Below, one piece after another: positions 26,374 to 39,329 of a DNA stretch of 64,000 nt. The notes beneath the pieces were generated by a model, which had not been told where the DNA came from, searched no databases, and worked only from the letters and a program-made list of their open reading frames with translations. Position numbers and translations under genes: made by a program. The DNA comes from Camelus ferus (lineage: Eukaryota), in NCBI RefSeq assembly GCF_009834535.1, contig NC_045696.1, positions 106,580,001 through 106,644,000 of the forward strand, written 5' to 3'. Positions within the stretch are counted from its first letter, which is position 1. Each line of letters starts with the position of its first letter.

Positions 26374-26547
26374 GGGAGACTGCATGGTGACCACAGTGTC
26401 TCCCATCTTCTAAAAGGAGGAAAAATTAGATCTTGCAGTTTTCTCTCATCCAGAGCTGTCGGGAGACTGCATGGTGACCACAGTGTCTCCCATCTTCTAA
26501 AAGGAGGAAAAATTAGATCTTGCAGTTTTCTCTCATCCAGAGCTGTC
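26374..26547. repeat. Perfect 2 x 87 bp tandem duplication
   Basis: 26374-26460 is identical to 26461-26547. Confidence 0.97.
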
Positions 26548-26927
26548 CAAAGAGCTAATGCCCTGCCTTTGGAAACAGTGAGCTTTTTGTCCCTGACAGT
26601 AGGTATCTGCTTGGTGGAGACGCTGGAGCTGGACTGCAAGCAACAGCCAAAGGATTCTCAGCTAGGCAAGTACCTTCTCCCCCAGGAGTTGATTGGAAAT
26701 ATGGGTGAGTGACTTTGGTTGTTCTGGTGGCCAGGAAGCTAAAACATGTCCAGATAACCAAGTTTCTTTTAAGTTCTACTCCAATGCGGGAAGTTCAATG
26801 GTCTATGACTTTTCTTTTTTTAAAGGACTTTAAAAAGATACAGCTACTCATGAATGCGAGCACAGAACTACAAAGGGAGTCACTCAGAGGCTGTGACACA
26901 TAATGGCTTTGCATCTGGTCCTTTAAA

Positions 26928-27275
26928 GCAGTGTTCCCGAACTCGCTGCATGAAAAAATAATTCCTGCGGTGCTTGTTACAAAAACAAGTTCCCAGGTCC
27001 CACTCCCAGACTGCCCGAATCAGTCTCTCCCAGGAAGGGCTTGAAAAGCTCTTGCGTCCGTTTCTGAACCCTGGCTGCGCGCTGAACTCACCCAGGGAAC
27101 TCAGTGAAGTCTGATGCCCGGCCCGAACACGGAGCCTCTGCTGCAGCCGGGCTGGGCTGGGAGCTGCAGTTCCTAAAGCTCTCCAGGTGATGGCGCTGTG
27201 CGGTCAGGGCTGAGAACCACGGTGCCGTGTCACAGCCCCAAGGGATTCTTACCCTGAATCATAATGGGCAGCACT
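26928..27275. mobile_element. MER5-family hAT MITEs (MER5A-like copy at about 27058-27222 within a MER5B-like copy)
   Basis: CAGTGTTCCCGAACT start; inner TTTCTGAACCCTGGCTG...AAAGCTCTCCAGGTGA...GGGCTGAGAACCAC. Confidence 0.65.
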
Positions 27276-27609
27276 AAGATTGAAGAGTTGTGCTCGTTGA
27301 TGGCCGGTTGGTTGCTGGCATGGGCCGGTGTGAGTTGGGTGTGGGATTACGGAGTGCATCCCTCCCGGAGGATGAGGAATATTTGGGCTTACGTTGGACT
27401 GGTGGTAATAGGAACCCGAAGTCATTTCCGCGGCTTTGCTAGCGTTGATTATAGAGTGACCGATGCTATACTGACATTGGGGTGGCTGGTGGAGTGTAGG
27501 GTGAGGGGTTGAGGGGTGGTGCTCCCCGGTGGGGAGGAGACTGTTACCACTGACACTGGCTAGAACAGCAGGTGCATAGTGGTAGTAGAAAGTAGGCAGT
27601 ATTTAACCA

Positions 27610-28000
27610 GCTTTATTATTGCTTTTTATAAATAAACTTTTAATTTTAGATTTACAGAAAAGTTGAGAGAATAATAGAGGGGTCCTGTAAAACCTGCCTT
27701 CTTTTCTTCTACTGTTAACCTCTTACATGATATAGTACATTTGTCACAACTGATGAATCAATATTAATACATTATTATTATCTAGAATTCATATTTTCTT
27801 CTGATTTCCTTAGTTTTTACCTAGTGTCTTTTTTTCTGTTCCAGAATCCCATCCAGGATCCCACATTATAGCCGTAGTCACCATGTCTCCTTAGGCTTCT
27901 CTAGTGTGTGACAGTTTCTGGTGCTTTTCTTGTTTTTGAGGCCTTGACAGTTTTGAGGAGTGCTGGTCAGATACTCTGTAGAATGTCTCTCAGTTTGGCC
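27610..28000 (-). mobile_element. Old L1MC-like 3' fragment
   Basis: TTTAGATTTACAGAAAAGTTG...CCCATCCAGGATCCCACATT...CCTTGACAGTTTTGAGGAGTGCTGGTCAG. Confidence 0.8.
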
Positions 28001-29095
28001 AATGATCCCTGAGAGAAAGGAAACAATGAGGTGAGTCCTACAATTCCCTCAGCTTACTGTTTGGAAATTCCATCCCTGGAAGGGGAAAGCTGGAGTCCAG
28101 GGTCTCCCTGAGTTGAGGAAACCAAGGTTGCAAAAATTCTCAGGGCCAAGAACCAGGGAGGAGAGTTCTGTGCAAAGAGAGAGCTCAAGAAATCGGTGGA
28201 GGATGCCTCTGGTGTTCTCAGCTAAAAGCAGGGCACATGTGTGAGGAAACCGCCCAAAGTCAGGGAAAGAACCACTGGAAAGGAGCAGGCAGAACAACTC
28301 CTACAGCTCCCATGGGGTCATGAATGTTTGGGTTCCCACCAGCCAGAGTGGCAAAAGCTCTTAACATGCTAGACATAGTAAAGTCCTCTGAAGGGCATTG
28401 CTTAAATGGTGGGTTAAATTATCTCTAGATTAAGGGTGTATTGAGCCCACTGAAGGAAGCTTAAAAGCAAGCCTTGAAAAAATCAATTTTTTTCCAAGTA
28501 ATTTAACTGTATCCCTCATAAAGACCAGAAATATCCCTGTATATAACATCATACAAAACCCAAGGTCTGACATCTCATAAAACATTATCAGATGTGCAAA
28601 GAAGCAGGAAACTATAATCCCTAATAAGTGGGAAAATCAATAAAAACAGCTCCAGAAATGGCACAGATGATAGAATTAGTCAACAGAGATGTTCAGACAG
28701 CTATTATTAATATACTTTATGCATTCAAGAAGATGGTAGAAAGTATGATAAGGACAGCTCTGAAAGTTTTTTTTGAAGACCTACATTGATTTCTAGAGAA
28801 GAAAAATACAATGTCTGGGATGAAAAATATACTGTATGGGATTAACAGTAGAGTAGACAGTGCAGGAAAAAAGATTAGTGAACTTGAAGACATAGCAGTA
28901 GAAAGTACTCAAAATGAAACAGAGAGAAAAGATTGAAAAATAGAGTCTGTTTGGAATCGTGGGTCAAAATCAAATGGCCGGGTGTATGTGGAATTTGAGT
29001 CCCAGAAAAAAGGGGGGAGGGGCCTAAAAATAGTTGAAGAAATAAAGGATGCAAAAATTTCCAAATCTGATAAAAACTATAATCCTGCAGTGCAA
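28000..29095 (+). mobile_element. Old L1M 5'/ORF1 region
   Basis: GATCCCTGAGAGAAAGGAAACAATGAGGTGAG...GATTAGTGAACTTGAAGACATAGCAGTAGAA...AAAATTTCCAAATCTGATAAAAAC. Confidence 0.75.
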
Positions 29096-29859
29096 GACAT
29101 TTACACGTGGAGCTTGTATGGTGCAAAGATGAAGATTCTGGACTTGGGAATAGTCACATCTAGATTCCTACCGGTTTTGCAATGTCCTGTCTCTGTGACT
29201 TTGACGATTTACTTAAGCTGTCTACACTTCAGTTTCCTCATCTGCAAAATAGAGATAAAAATTGCACAAAAATATTCATTGTTTTATGATTTTTAATAGG
29301 AAAGATATTGGCAACAACTTAAATGTCTACCTAGTAGGCATGACTAACTTAATTGTGGTACAGCTAGAGAAGGGAATGCTATGCTGATGACAAAAGAGAG
29401 GGCTGTCCATAAGAATTAGTATGGAAAGGTCTCCAAAACTCCTGCTACATGAAAAAGCAGGTCATGTGGTATGACTTCATTTAGATATTCCAAAATCGTG
29501 TGTAAATAGAAACGTATTTGTGGGCAGATACATAAAAAGGGGGCTAGAAGGATGCTCCCTAAATTGCCTCTGAAAGAGAATGAGTCATGAGAGAGGACAA
29601 AAAACTCTTTCATATATTTATCTCTGTAAACCACCGTATTGCCTAATTTTTTTTTTTACAATGACTGTGAAAAAATTTTTTAAAAGAGGGAAAATAGAAG
29701 CAATATGTTTGTGGAAGCATGCCCCAGGCTACCTGTGCTAATGGAGGATGAGTGAGATGCTTAAAGATCATGTGAGCTGGTGACAGTGTCAATTTAAACC
29801 AACAGCTCCCCTCCTGAGAATCTAACCTGGGGAATAAAATCCAGTCCCCAGGTAGGGCT

Positions 29860-30235
29860 CATAGGAGCCCCTATGATCTGGCCCTGCCTAATGTTTCTGG
29901 GTTTATTCCCTACCACACACATCTGAGAGTTCTTCCCTCTCTTGCACCTTGGCCAACTCTTAGTCATTCTTCTGTACTTGCATTTTTAGCACATTCATTA
30001 CCTCCCTGCTCTGTCCCTCCCTCCCTACTCACCCCTATGGTACCTCTTATCTACACATACCTCCAGATTGGCATTTATTAAAATACAATACTGCTGTGCG
30101 CTCATGTGTGAATTTAGGGGGAAGAGACTAGTAAAATTTATTTCTGAGGTCTCAGTGCCTAGTGCAGGGCCTGGTCAATGGCAGGCGCTGAATAAATAAT
30201 CCATTTGTTGAATGAATGAGTGAATGAATGAACTA
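29860..30235 (+). mobile_element. LINE-2 3' end
   Basis: CAGTGCCTAGTGCAGGGCCTGG...GGCGCTGAATAAAT...(TGAA)n tail. Confidence 0.7.
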
Positions 30236-30408
30236 ATAGACAGACTTCAGCTCTATGTACATCCATTAGACATAGCATTCATGATGGAAGTCTTATTGTA
30301 TGGGAGGTATAAGCTGATCGCTTTTTAATTGCTTTAGTGGTTTCATCTCTGAGAGTAAAGAAAGCAACAAGAAGAACCTCTGGTCTGGATTTATTCTGAC
30401 ACAGAAGT

Positions 30409-30817
30409 TGTATTAGTTTACTAGGGCTGCCACAACTAAGCGCCACAGACTGGGTGGCTTAACCAACGGAAGTTTGTTTTCTCACAGTCCTGCAGGCTGG
30501 AAGTCCAAGATCAAGGTGTCAGCAGGTTTCGTTTCTTCTGAGGCTTCTCCCCTTGGCTTGCAGGTGGCCGCTTTCTCCCTGTATCCTCATATAGTCCTTC
30601 CTCTGTGCACACACATCGCTGGTGCCTTCTTTTGTGCCCAAATTTCCTCTTCTTATAAGGATATCAGTCAGATTGAATTAGGGCCCAGCCTAATAGCCTC
30701 ATTTTGAATTAATCACCCCTTTAAAGGCCTTATCTCTTAATACAGTCACATTCTGAGGTACTAGGGGTTAAGATTTCCAGATATGAATTTTGGGGGGACA
30801 CAAGTCAGTCCATAACA
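30409..30817 (-). mobile_element. MaLR solo LTR (MLT1A/B-like)
   Basis: TG...CA termini; perfect TSD GAAGT at 30404-30408 and 30818-30822. Confidence 0.92.
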
Positions 30818-31111
30818 GAAGTGCTGGAAACCTCAGAAGAAAATGGTCATGTCAAATTGGAGCTGGTAATATTAACAGACAGTATTCCAGGTTTCAAATG
30901 GGTAAAATTGTAAGAAGATATATTTAAGATGAAGACAATTCACATAGAATCACACAGCTGGAAACTCTACACAGGAAGACGCTGCTCAACAATGTCATAG
31001 GCTGAAGTATGAGGTCGTGAGGGTACCATCACCTTAGGTATTCAAGAAGGATTTTTGCATTGTATGGGAATTGTGCTCAATGACTCCTCAAGCCTTTTTC
31101 AATTCTCAGGC

Positions 31112-31386
31112 TTTTTTTTTAATTGAAGTATAGTCAGTGTACAATGTTGTGTCAATTTCTGATGTTTCAGTCATACATATACATACATATATTCCTTTTC
31201 ATATTCTTTTTCATTATAGGTTACTACAAGATATTGAATTAGTTCCCTGTGCTCTACAGAAGAAACTTGTTGTTTATCTATATTATATACAGTACTTAGT
31301 ATCTTCAAATCTCGAACTCCCAATTTATCCCTTCCCACCCTCTTTCCCCGCTGGTAACCATAAGTTTATTTTCTGTATCTGTGAAA
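31112..31386 (-). mobile_element. Short L1 3' end
   Basis: T-tract then AATTGAAGTATAGTCAGTGTACAATGTTGTG...GGTAACCATAAGTTT; AATTCTCA on both flanks. Confidence 0.88.
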
Positions 31387-32849
31387 TTCTCAAATTTTTA
31401 ATTCTGCATTACCCTGTCCCCAGACTGCAAGATAGGGAGATAAATAGAATTCAAATCCAATCTCTCCTCAATGAAATAGGAAGTGCCAAAGAAGCTCTGA
31501 GAAAACTCGGTGGAGAAGTGGGAGATACCGAAGGGGACCACCCACGGCAGGTGGTGAGGTGGGCTTGCTTTGACTCTTGGCACCCTCCTGGAAATACTGC
31601 TAGCTCCTGTGGTCATACCTAAGACAGGAGGCTGGTTGCAGATTTTTGATGTCTTTGGTCCAGTGCAGTGAGGACTGAGCCCTTACTGTGATCTCCTCTT
31701 GTTGCTTCTGCATCGCCTGGTTTAGGAGGTCCCCGGAGGCATGCGCTTTTGGACTATCTGAGGAGGTACACCCTCGCTTGTACCTATTCAGAGCCATAAT
31801 GTGAATTGGGATGAAATATCGGTTGCCCATCACGCTTAAAATATATGTGTTAAGCATCTATACTTTGAAAGGAATATTGGAACTGTTGGGATGTGGTCTG
31901 CAGTAACCAGGGCTGCCTTATTATACAATCCACGCTGGGCTCCCACCCGACCTTTTTTTTTTTTTTATTGAACCGGTTACTCAGTCATACTAAACATGGA
32001 ATAAAGTGAAATAAATAAATATATAAAACTCGGAGTGCACTGAGTCTTTTCACTGTCAAGCTGGCTCAAATGTTCTCAAAGTTTATCGGAGAGCTTGGTT
32101 GCCTCGGTGAAAATAGCATTGTGCAGTGAAACAGAAAATAAGATGTCATGGCAAACTAAACATCTTCACTTTCTGGACAAATATCTAAGTTGACTGGACC
32201 ATAGAGAGGGGCCTGGGGAATGACCAGAGGGAGGACGCCTGGCTTCCCCACCCCGTGTTTTGGGCCTCCCTGGGGTTCAGGTGAGCGGTGGGTGAAATTC
32301 ACCGATACCTGACTCCCGCTGAAGGTTTTGGCAACTTCTGGCTGGCTCAGGTCTCCACTTGGGTGGCTCCTTTGTATGTTGTGAAACTGAAGGTGGTGAG
32401 TTTGCTGTGACAGTTTATTTTCTGTCCTACTGCACAGTGTTATTTTAACCAAGACGGCTTACTCCCTCCTTGATAAACTCACTGGGACTTGATATCTGCA
32501 AATGAATCCCATTAAAATGAATGGGTATTAAAATAACTCTGTGTGTGTGTGTATGGTGTGTTTAGAAAAGAGAGGGTGAGAAGTAGAGGGGAGAGAATGG
32601 AAAAGTAAGATCCACATCCACCTATTAGCTTGTGATTTAATCTCTCTACAACTCCCAATTAAAGTGGGGATAACAATACTGCGAATCTTGGAGAGGGGCC
32701 CTTTTGAAGATTAAATAAAATACTCGGATCATACAAAGCACCCCGTAAATAAAAACAAATGAGAACCTGGCCATATTAAGCACTCCATAAATGTTAACTA
32801 CCATTTTACTTTTTATAAAAAGTAAAGAGGAAAAGAAGAAAAACAAAGA

Positions 32850-33170
32850 GAAAGAAATTTAAAAACTGAAGAGCACATTGGAGACAAAAGAGAACAAATA
32901 ATCTTATTGCTTGTTTGGAGACCTACAGCTAATGGAAAGGAGCTCTGAGTCTCTTTCCCTTGTGGATTCTGGAGTTCTGTGCATACCGCGTGACTGGCAG
33001 CCAACTGCAAACTCATGAGTGAGCTCGGCTGACACCAGAAGACCCACACAACTAAGCCCGGCACAAACTGCCAGCCCACAGAATCATGAATGAAATAAAT
33101 AGCTGCTGTTTTAAGCCCTAAGGCTTAAAGCCTTTGGGGTAGTCTGTTATACAGCAAAGTATCTGATACA
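32850..33170 (+). mobile_element. MaLR LTR 3' remnant
   Basis: CCCACAGAATCATGA...TGTTTTAAGCC...TGTTATACAGCAA...GATACA. Confidence 0.6.
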
Positions 33171-33725
33171 GTATTGCTCATGATAATGCATTTAGTATCA
33201 TCAAAAGCATTATAACAGTAATATAAATTGTGCAAAATTTGTATTACTATTACTGGAAAGTAACATGATCATAGTTTGAAAGGAATAGCTTTTCATTTCT
33301 TTATTAGTTCCTTACAGTCTATAATCAATTTCTATAAGAAATTGCTGTCTTTTGGGGGATCACTATGCATTAGATTATACTGTTTTCATCTTTTCCTTGG
33401 GGATATTTTCTACCAATCACCAGGGCACTGGCCTGCATTCATTAAAAAGTAAGCACTCCCCTAGATATTTCCACCTATCAGTTGTAGTCATCATCTGGGA
33501 AGACGTCCACATTCACGTGGATGACACATTCAGCATCTTTCCATAACTTCTTCTACTCTGATGGGCTTCCTCAGTCTTCCATTTAAGTTACCGACATACA
33601 CACATTTAGAAACAGAGTTCAGACCGGACTTCTCCAACAGCTGTGGAAAACTCTAATTATTGGCACAGCATGATTCTGGGTCAGTATTTACTCCTCAACT
33701 CTTCACCTAGACATTCCTCATCCTT

Positions 33726-34300
33726 TGTGTCAATGAGGGTCCAGTTAGAAAAACAAAACCACATTAGTCATTTTAACAGAGGGGATTTAATATAGGGAAC
33801 TGGCTAAACAGTTATCGGAAGATGAAAAAGGCGAACAAGGGAACACTGAAGTAAGAAGCCACATATCTCAAAGGCTAGGAAAGCAAAAGGGTAGAGGTTA
33901 AAGTGGTTTTGGAAACTAGAAGCTTGGAGGAGACTCGTGGAGTGGGGACTCTTTCTTCTCAGGAGAGGGCATGCCTACTTAGTGCTGACACTTCTGCAGG
34001 GATGGGACTGTTTCTGGGAATGCTAGAGGGGGCTGGAAACTGTAATCTACTGTTCCTGGAGAGACCCATTGCTGGAGCATCCTGATAGGAGTGAGCAGGC
34101 GAGCAGGAAGGAACCAGTCCTGTCTCCCTCTTGCCTTCCAGTCTCTCTCTGGAGCTCCTATTCATAGAACCTAACAGGAATAATTCATTTATGGTAAAGG
34201 ACAGTTATGGTTTCCAGAGTTCCAGCGCCAGCATCACAGAACAGCACATAGAAGGGTGGGTTTGGATACAATAAGATACAATGGCTTAATATCTGGCATT
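33726..34300 (-). mobile_element. Ancient LTR remnant (family uncertain)
   Basis: Begins TGTGTCAATGAGGGTCCAG...AACAGAGGGGATTTAATA; similar to the element starting at 34551. Confidence 0.6.
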
Positions 34301-34550
34301 CCCCACCTTTATCTTAAAGACACCTTGAGCATGGCTTTTTTCTCTTTTTTCTGTGTCCAGCTGGACTTGAAACAGCAATATCTCCATGCACAAAGTTGAT
34401 ACTTAACAACTTTTGGTTGAATGAATGAATATGAGGCTGTAGAGTAATTTTTTAAACACCTTCTTTGTGTCAGATGCTATACTGAGCACTTTTAATGTTT
34501 ATCTTCTATAAGATTCACAACAACCATACAAAGAGGATAATAGTTCTCTT

Positions 34551-35170
34551 TGTGTCAGTCAGTGTCCAGCCAGAAAAGCAGAAGTCCACCTAGGTATTTC
34601 AAACAGAGGGAATTTAATACAGAAAGTGGGTTACAAAAGTTGTAAGTTCTGGAGGAACAAAAGGAGAAGGCGATGCTACCCAGAGCCCATCGGTGTGGGC
34701 TCACTGCTGAGGCTGACAGAGCCCTACTCCTGTGCCCCTGTGATGGGTATAACCAGTGCTATTTTTGCTGAGCACAAAGCTTGGATGCCCCTCCCTGCAC
34801 GGGTCCTACAGCAGCTGCCTCAGATGTAGTAACCACTGTCAGTATTGCAGAGACCTGTAGTTACCTACTGTTGCAGCTTCTGCTAACGTGTAGCTGTCGC
34901 ACTCCTCACTATTTCAGGAAACTGTGGCCACCTGCAGTGGGCTACAGTCCCAGTGTGGTCATGGCTAGATCCAGAAGAAGAAAAACAGCTTCTCTCTTCC
35001 ATCTGCCTTCCAGTCTCTGTCCAGTGCCTCCCTTTGCCAGACTTTTAGCAGAAGTCTGCTGGCAAAGGAGTTTGGGAAATGTAGTTTTCAAGCTTCTAGC
35101 CTTGGCAGTATATAGAAGAGTATGGAAGAACAAGTGTGGGGCTGAGAGTCAAAGGTAAATATCTGGAACA
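34551..35170 (-). mobile_element. Ancient LTR remnant related to 33726-34300
   Basis: Begins TGTGTCAGTCAGTGTCCAG...AACAGAGGGAATTTAATA; ends AATATCTGGAACA. Confidence 0.6.
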
Positions 35171-36394
35171 GTCCACCCCATTGGCTACTCAGCATCTGTG
35201 TATACTTCTCTGCTCTTTTGAACTTTCACCAACAATATCCACAAACTCATACTTCAGTTTAACACAACACAACCATCCCTTATACACACCAATATACTTT
35301 TACTCTCTTCCTAAAAGGAAACAGGAAGTCCAAGTGTGCATCTCTGGTATAGACCTCAATTGGCCCAATTCAATATTTTGTTTATCTTCTATGGTCTAAC
35401 AGTCTTATAATTCATTTCCATGTATATTACTTATGGTTTTTGCCAATATAAATGAGCAAAATCTTGCAATTATTTAGATGCATAAAACTGAATTCTTTAA
35501 GGCCAGATTTTAAGATTTTTGTCCCTAGAATTGTTGGAATCTGATGCTGGAGTGTGATACTGGATCTGAGTCTGAAGGCCATAAAAGGTGGAGAGAGTAA
35601 ATCTTGAGAAGACTCTGCATCCTCTTGGAAGGCAACTGCTTTGGGTGAGGTTATTAACAAGGTCTTCTTGCAAGAGAAGAGTAGTCTTCTCAGTTGGAGG
35701 AGGAGGGACTGGCAAGAAGATGTGGGAGATCAGGAGTTTCTCAAATATGCATGAGTCCATCCAAATGACCCCATTCCAGTTTTCAGGGTCCCACCAGCTC
35801 CTTTCAAATCAATCCTCAAATGCTCATGTAAAAGATCTGATGAATTCATGAATTCAAATTACATTATAACTTTTCAAACTGTGGGACATAATTTTAGGAT
35901 GATATCAGACCTGTGGCTAACAAGAAAAGTGGTTCCCTTAGTGCCATCTAAAGGATGGCCTGATCTTGACCTGAGCTGAGGTCTGTGACCACAGTTTGAG
36001 CTGACAGATTAAAGCCCTAAGCCATCATGTTCTTTCTGTAATGTCTCCAAGAAAATCAAAAAGACATCCCACCCAAAGTCTTGTAGCCATCATTCCCACC
36101 ACCATCCCATCTCACTGTTACAGTAATCACTCCCATCATTGCTGACCCGTAATTACCCTCTGGGTCCTCTGTAGCAATCGCTGCTGTCCTGCTGCTCCCA
36201 CTTTCAGAGTCAGAAGCAGAAAAGTGACTCTCTTTTCCTGTTGCTTTTACTCTCCTTCCAGGATCTCCCCATCAGCAGAGACTAATCTGCAACTAGCTGG
36301 CATCAGAGGCTAAAAAAAGACCATTCTTAGGTTTTCTGCTTTGGCAGTACAGAGAAGAACTAAAATGCCAATTGTTGGGCTAAGAGCCAATGAC

Positions 36395-36530
36395 TTATTA
36401 TTATCCCCATTTTAAAGATGAGGAAGCTGAGGCTAAAAGGCTTAAATAACCTGCCCAGGACATAATAAACAGAGACAACACAGTCTTGATCTCTCTGAAT
36501 CCAAAGTCTGTGGTCTTTCCACTCTGTAAC
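36395..36530 (-). mobile_element. MIR
   Basis: ATTATCCCCATTTTAAAGATGAGGAAGCTGAGGCT...AATAACCTGCCCAGG. Confidence 0.8.
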
Positions 36531-36734
36531 ATGTTCCTGGAACCAATTTCCAGACAGTCTGAAAAACAACAAGGTGCTGGAATTTGAGCATTTCCAGCCT
36601 TCCCATTCCATTTAGATTCACCAATCATTGCTCCTAACTGATTTGATTATGTTGATAGTACTCCTTGCCATCATGAAAGGTTCAAATTATGCAGAGACAG
36701 AGAAGATGCAGGAGCAAATTAAGAAGCAACTTTG

Positions 36735-36950
36735 GCACAGTGGTTAAAATCACAAATTGCCTGGGTTTGTAACCCAGCCTGATGACTTATTAGTTGTCTA
36801 ACTTTGAGCATGTTATGTAATATCTCAGTGCCTCAGTTTCCTCATCTGTATAACAGTGGTAATACTCCCTGCCTCACCTACTTATTGTGAGGAGTAAATG
36901 AGTTAATCCACATAGAGCTCATCGAATAGTTAAATCTAGCTGTTATTATT
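36735..36950 (+). mobile_element. MIR
   Basis: CAGTGGTTAA...CCTGGGTTTG...GTGCCTCAGTTTCCTCATCTGTA...TTGTGAGGAGTAAATGAG. Confidence 0.85.
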
Positions 36951-37037
36951 ATGATATCTAATTGCAGTTGACTACTAAGAGGCTCCTAAAGACACAGTAT
37001 TAACTTCAAAGTCTTTCTCAAGAAAAAATGTATCAAC

Positions 37038-37798
37038 AATAAATGCTGGAGAGGGTGTGGAGAGAAGGGAACCCTCCTACTCTGTTGGTGGGAATGTAGT
37101 TTGGTGCAGCCATTATGGAAAACAGTATGGAGATTCCTCAAAAGACTAAAAATGGCTTAACATATGGTCCAGCAATCCCACTCCTGGGCATATATCCATA
37201 GGGACCCTTAATTCAAAAAGATACATGCACCCCAATGTTCATAGCATCACTATTTACAATAGTCAAGACATGGAAACAACATAAATGTCCACTGACAGAT
37301 GACTGGATAAAGAAGATGTGGTATATATACACAATGGAATACTATTCAGCCATTAAAAATAATAAAATAATGCCATTGGCAAAAACATGGATGGACCTGG
37401 AGATTCTAAGTGAAGTAATCCAGAAAGAGAAAGAAAACATCATATGCTATCACTCATATGTGGAATCTAAAAAAAAAAGACACAAATGAACTTATTTACA
37501 AAACAGAGACAGACTCAGACATAGAAAACAAACATGGTTACCAATGGGGGAAGAGGGTGCGAAGGGATAAATTAGGAGTTCAAGATTTGCAGATACTAAG
37601 TACTATATATAAAATAGATAAACAACAGGTTTCTTCTGTATAGCAAAGGGAACTATATTCAATATCTTGTAGTAATCTATAACTAAAAAGAATATGAAAA
37701 TGAATATATGTATGTCTATGTATGACTGAAACATGCTGTACACCAGAAATTGACACAACATTGTACACTGACTATACTTCAATTAAAAAAAAAAAAAC
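37038..37798 (+). mobile_element. 5'-truncated L1 3' end
   Basis: Degenerate CCHC region to A-tail; TSD AAAAATGTATCAAC (37024) / AAAAACGTATCTAC (37799). Confidence 0.92.
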
Positions 37799-39329
37799 AA
37801 AAACGTATCTACCAAGAAGTCTCAAGAGATGTGGATCCAAAAACTCCCAAAAGTGAAAGGCAAGGGAGGACCCAGGTGTTCCCGAGAGAGGAGAGGCTTG
37901 AAAGAGAGTGAGGCCTGGACTGCAGGTGAGAGTCCACCATGGAGTGAGGTCACCCCGGAGGGCCAGGGAGAGCTGTGGTCCAAGGCCACACCAGCCTAGG
38001 GGAGGAGAACCAAAAATGCTGTTTGCTTCCTGGGCACCAGGGGAACTCTGGCATCAGGCTCTGTAAAAAATAGGGAGAACCAGGAAAAGAAGCCATCTCC
38101 CTCAAGCATCTGGCCAAGATGTGGTCTGGAATAAAGAGCTAGGTGAACTGTCTCACCATCCTCGCTGCTGTGCAAAACTGAGCCCTGCGACTCTGGGTTA
38201 TAGCTGGGGTTGTTTATCCCTTATTCCCAGGCCTTTGTTTCATTCAACAGCTATTTCTTGAGCAACAACTTGTATGGCAAACTGACTTGGGCTCCTAATA
38301 CTTTCTCCATTTTACAGATGAGAAAACTGGTGTGTAGAGAAGTTGGATGACTGACCCCATCACACAGGAAGATCTGAGGGGGGATTGTTATTTCCCCTGG
38401 GATATACAAGGGAAAAACCTAGTTTTCTCAAGCTGTACTGTCTAAGGAATCCCTAAGTCTTCAGTAGGGTAACAGAGAAGGCAGGAGGGAGGTCAGGTTG
38501 CTGCAAATTGTGTCATAGTTACTCAGGCAGTTGATTGGTGGGGAAAGCGTTAGGCAATACTCTTTGTCATCAAGCGGAGAGCTCGCTGCGTTCAAGGGGT
38601 TTGGTCTGAATCCTTTTTTGGGGGGTTGGGGGAAGGACAAGACAATATCCATTGATGATGTAACTGGGTTTCCCTGGAAAGTCTGGTGGCTTCTGCTTCT
38701 GACCCAGTAGAAAACCTGAAATATACCAATCTTGCTGGGAAAGAACAGGTCACAGCAGAGTTTGGCCCAAACCCTAGTCGCAGGTGAAGGAAGGGATTTA
38801 CTCTCCACTGGTCCTGCATCTGTTTTATTATTCATGGTACCTGGACGATCGCACAGATAGGGTTAGGGAGGTCAGCACAGCATTAATATGTTGAATTGGG
38901 AGATGGCATGGGCCGGTGATGGACCCTGTCACACCAGAGTGATTCTCATTGAGGGGGTTTGATTTGATATTAATATTAATTCGATGTTTCTTCTCTTCTT
39001 CAAGAAATTTGTCCTCCCCAGATAGGAGATAGCCTGAATGCTAGCCCCATGCAAAGCAGTCATGTATGTTGGGTTTTATGATGGGAGTAGGAAGCTGGGG
39101 GCCAGGGGAGGGAAGATCAGATTATCCACCATCCTAGTGTGAGGCTCTACCCTGGTTGTCTGGGAAGGAATGTTTAGAGCCTTTTGTGGGAATTAAACAG
39201 GTTCCACATTTCTGCCCCAAAGTATAGTTCCCAAGAAAGTCTACTCAAAAGCATAAGAACCAATACCCAGGGAGGGATATGCCAGGAACTTAACCGTCCC
39301 CACTTCCCCATCTAGCTCCAGTTTAAACC

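Noticed and set aside
26374..26547. CRISPR-like array
   Set aside because: Two abutting copies with no spacers, in mammalian DNA, with no cas genes.
26307..26712. ORFs with an internal 29-aa repeat on both strands
   Set aside because: A by-product of the 87-bp DNA duplication; nothing indicates coding.
36395..36950. Inverted MIR pair as a potential hairpin RNA
   Set aside because: The copies are too diverged for extended pairing, and such arrangements are common.
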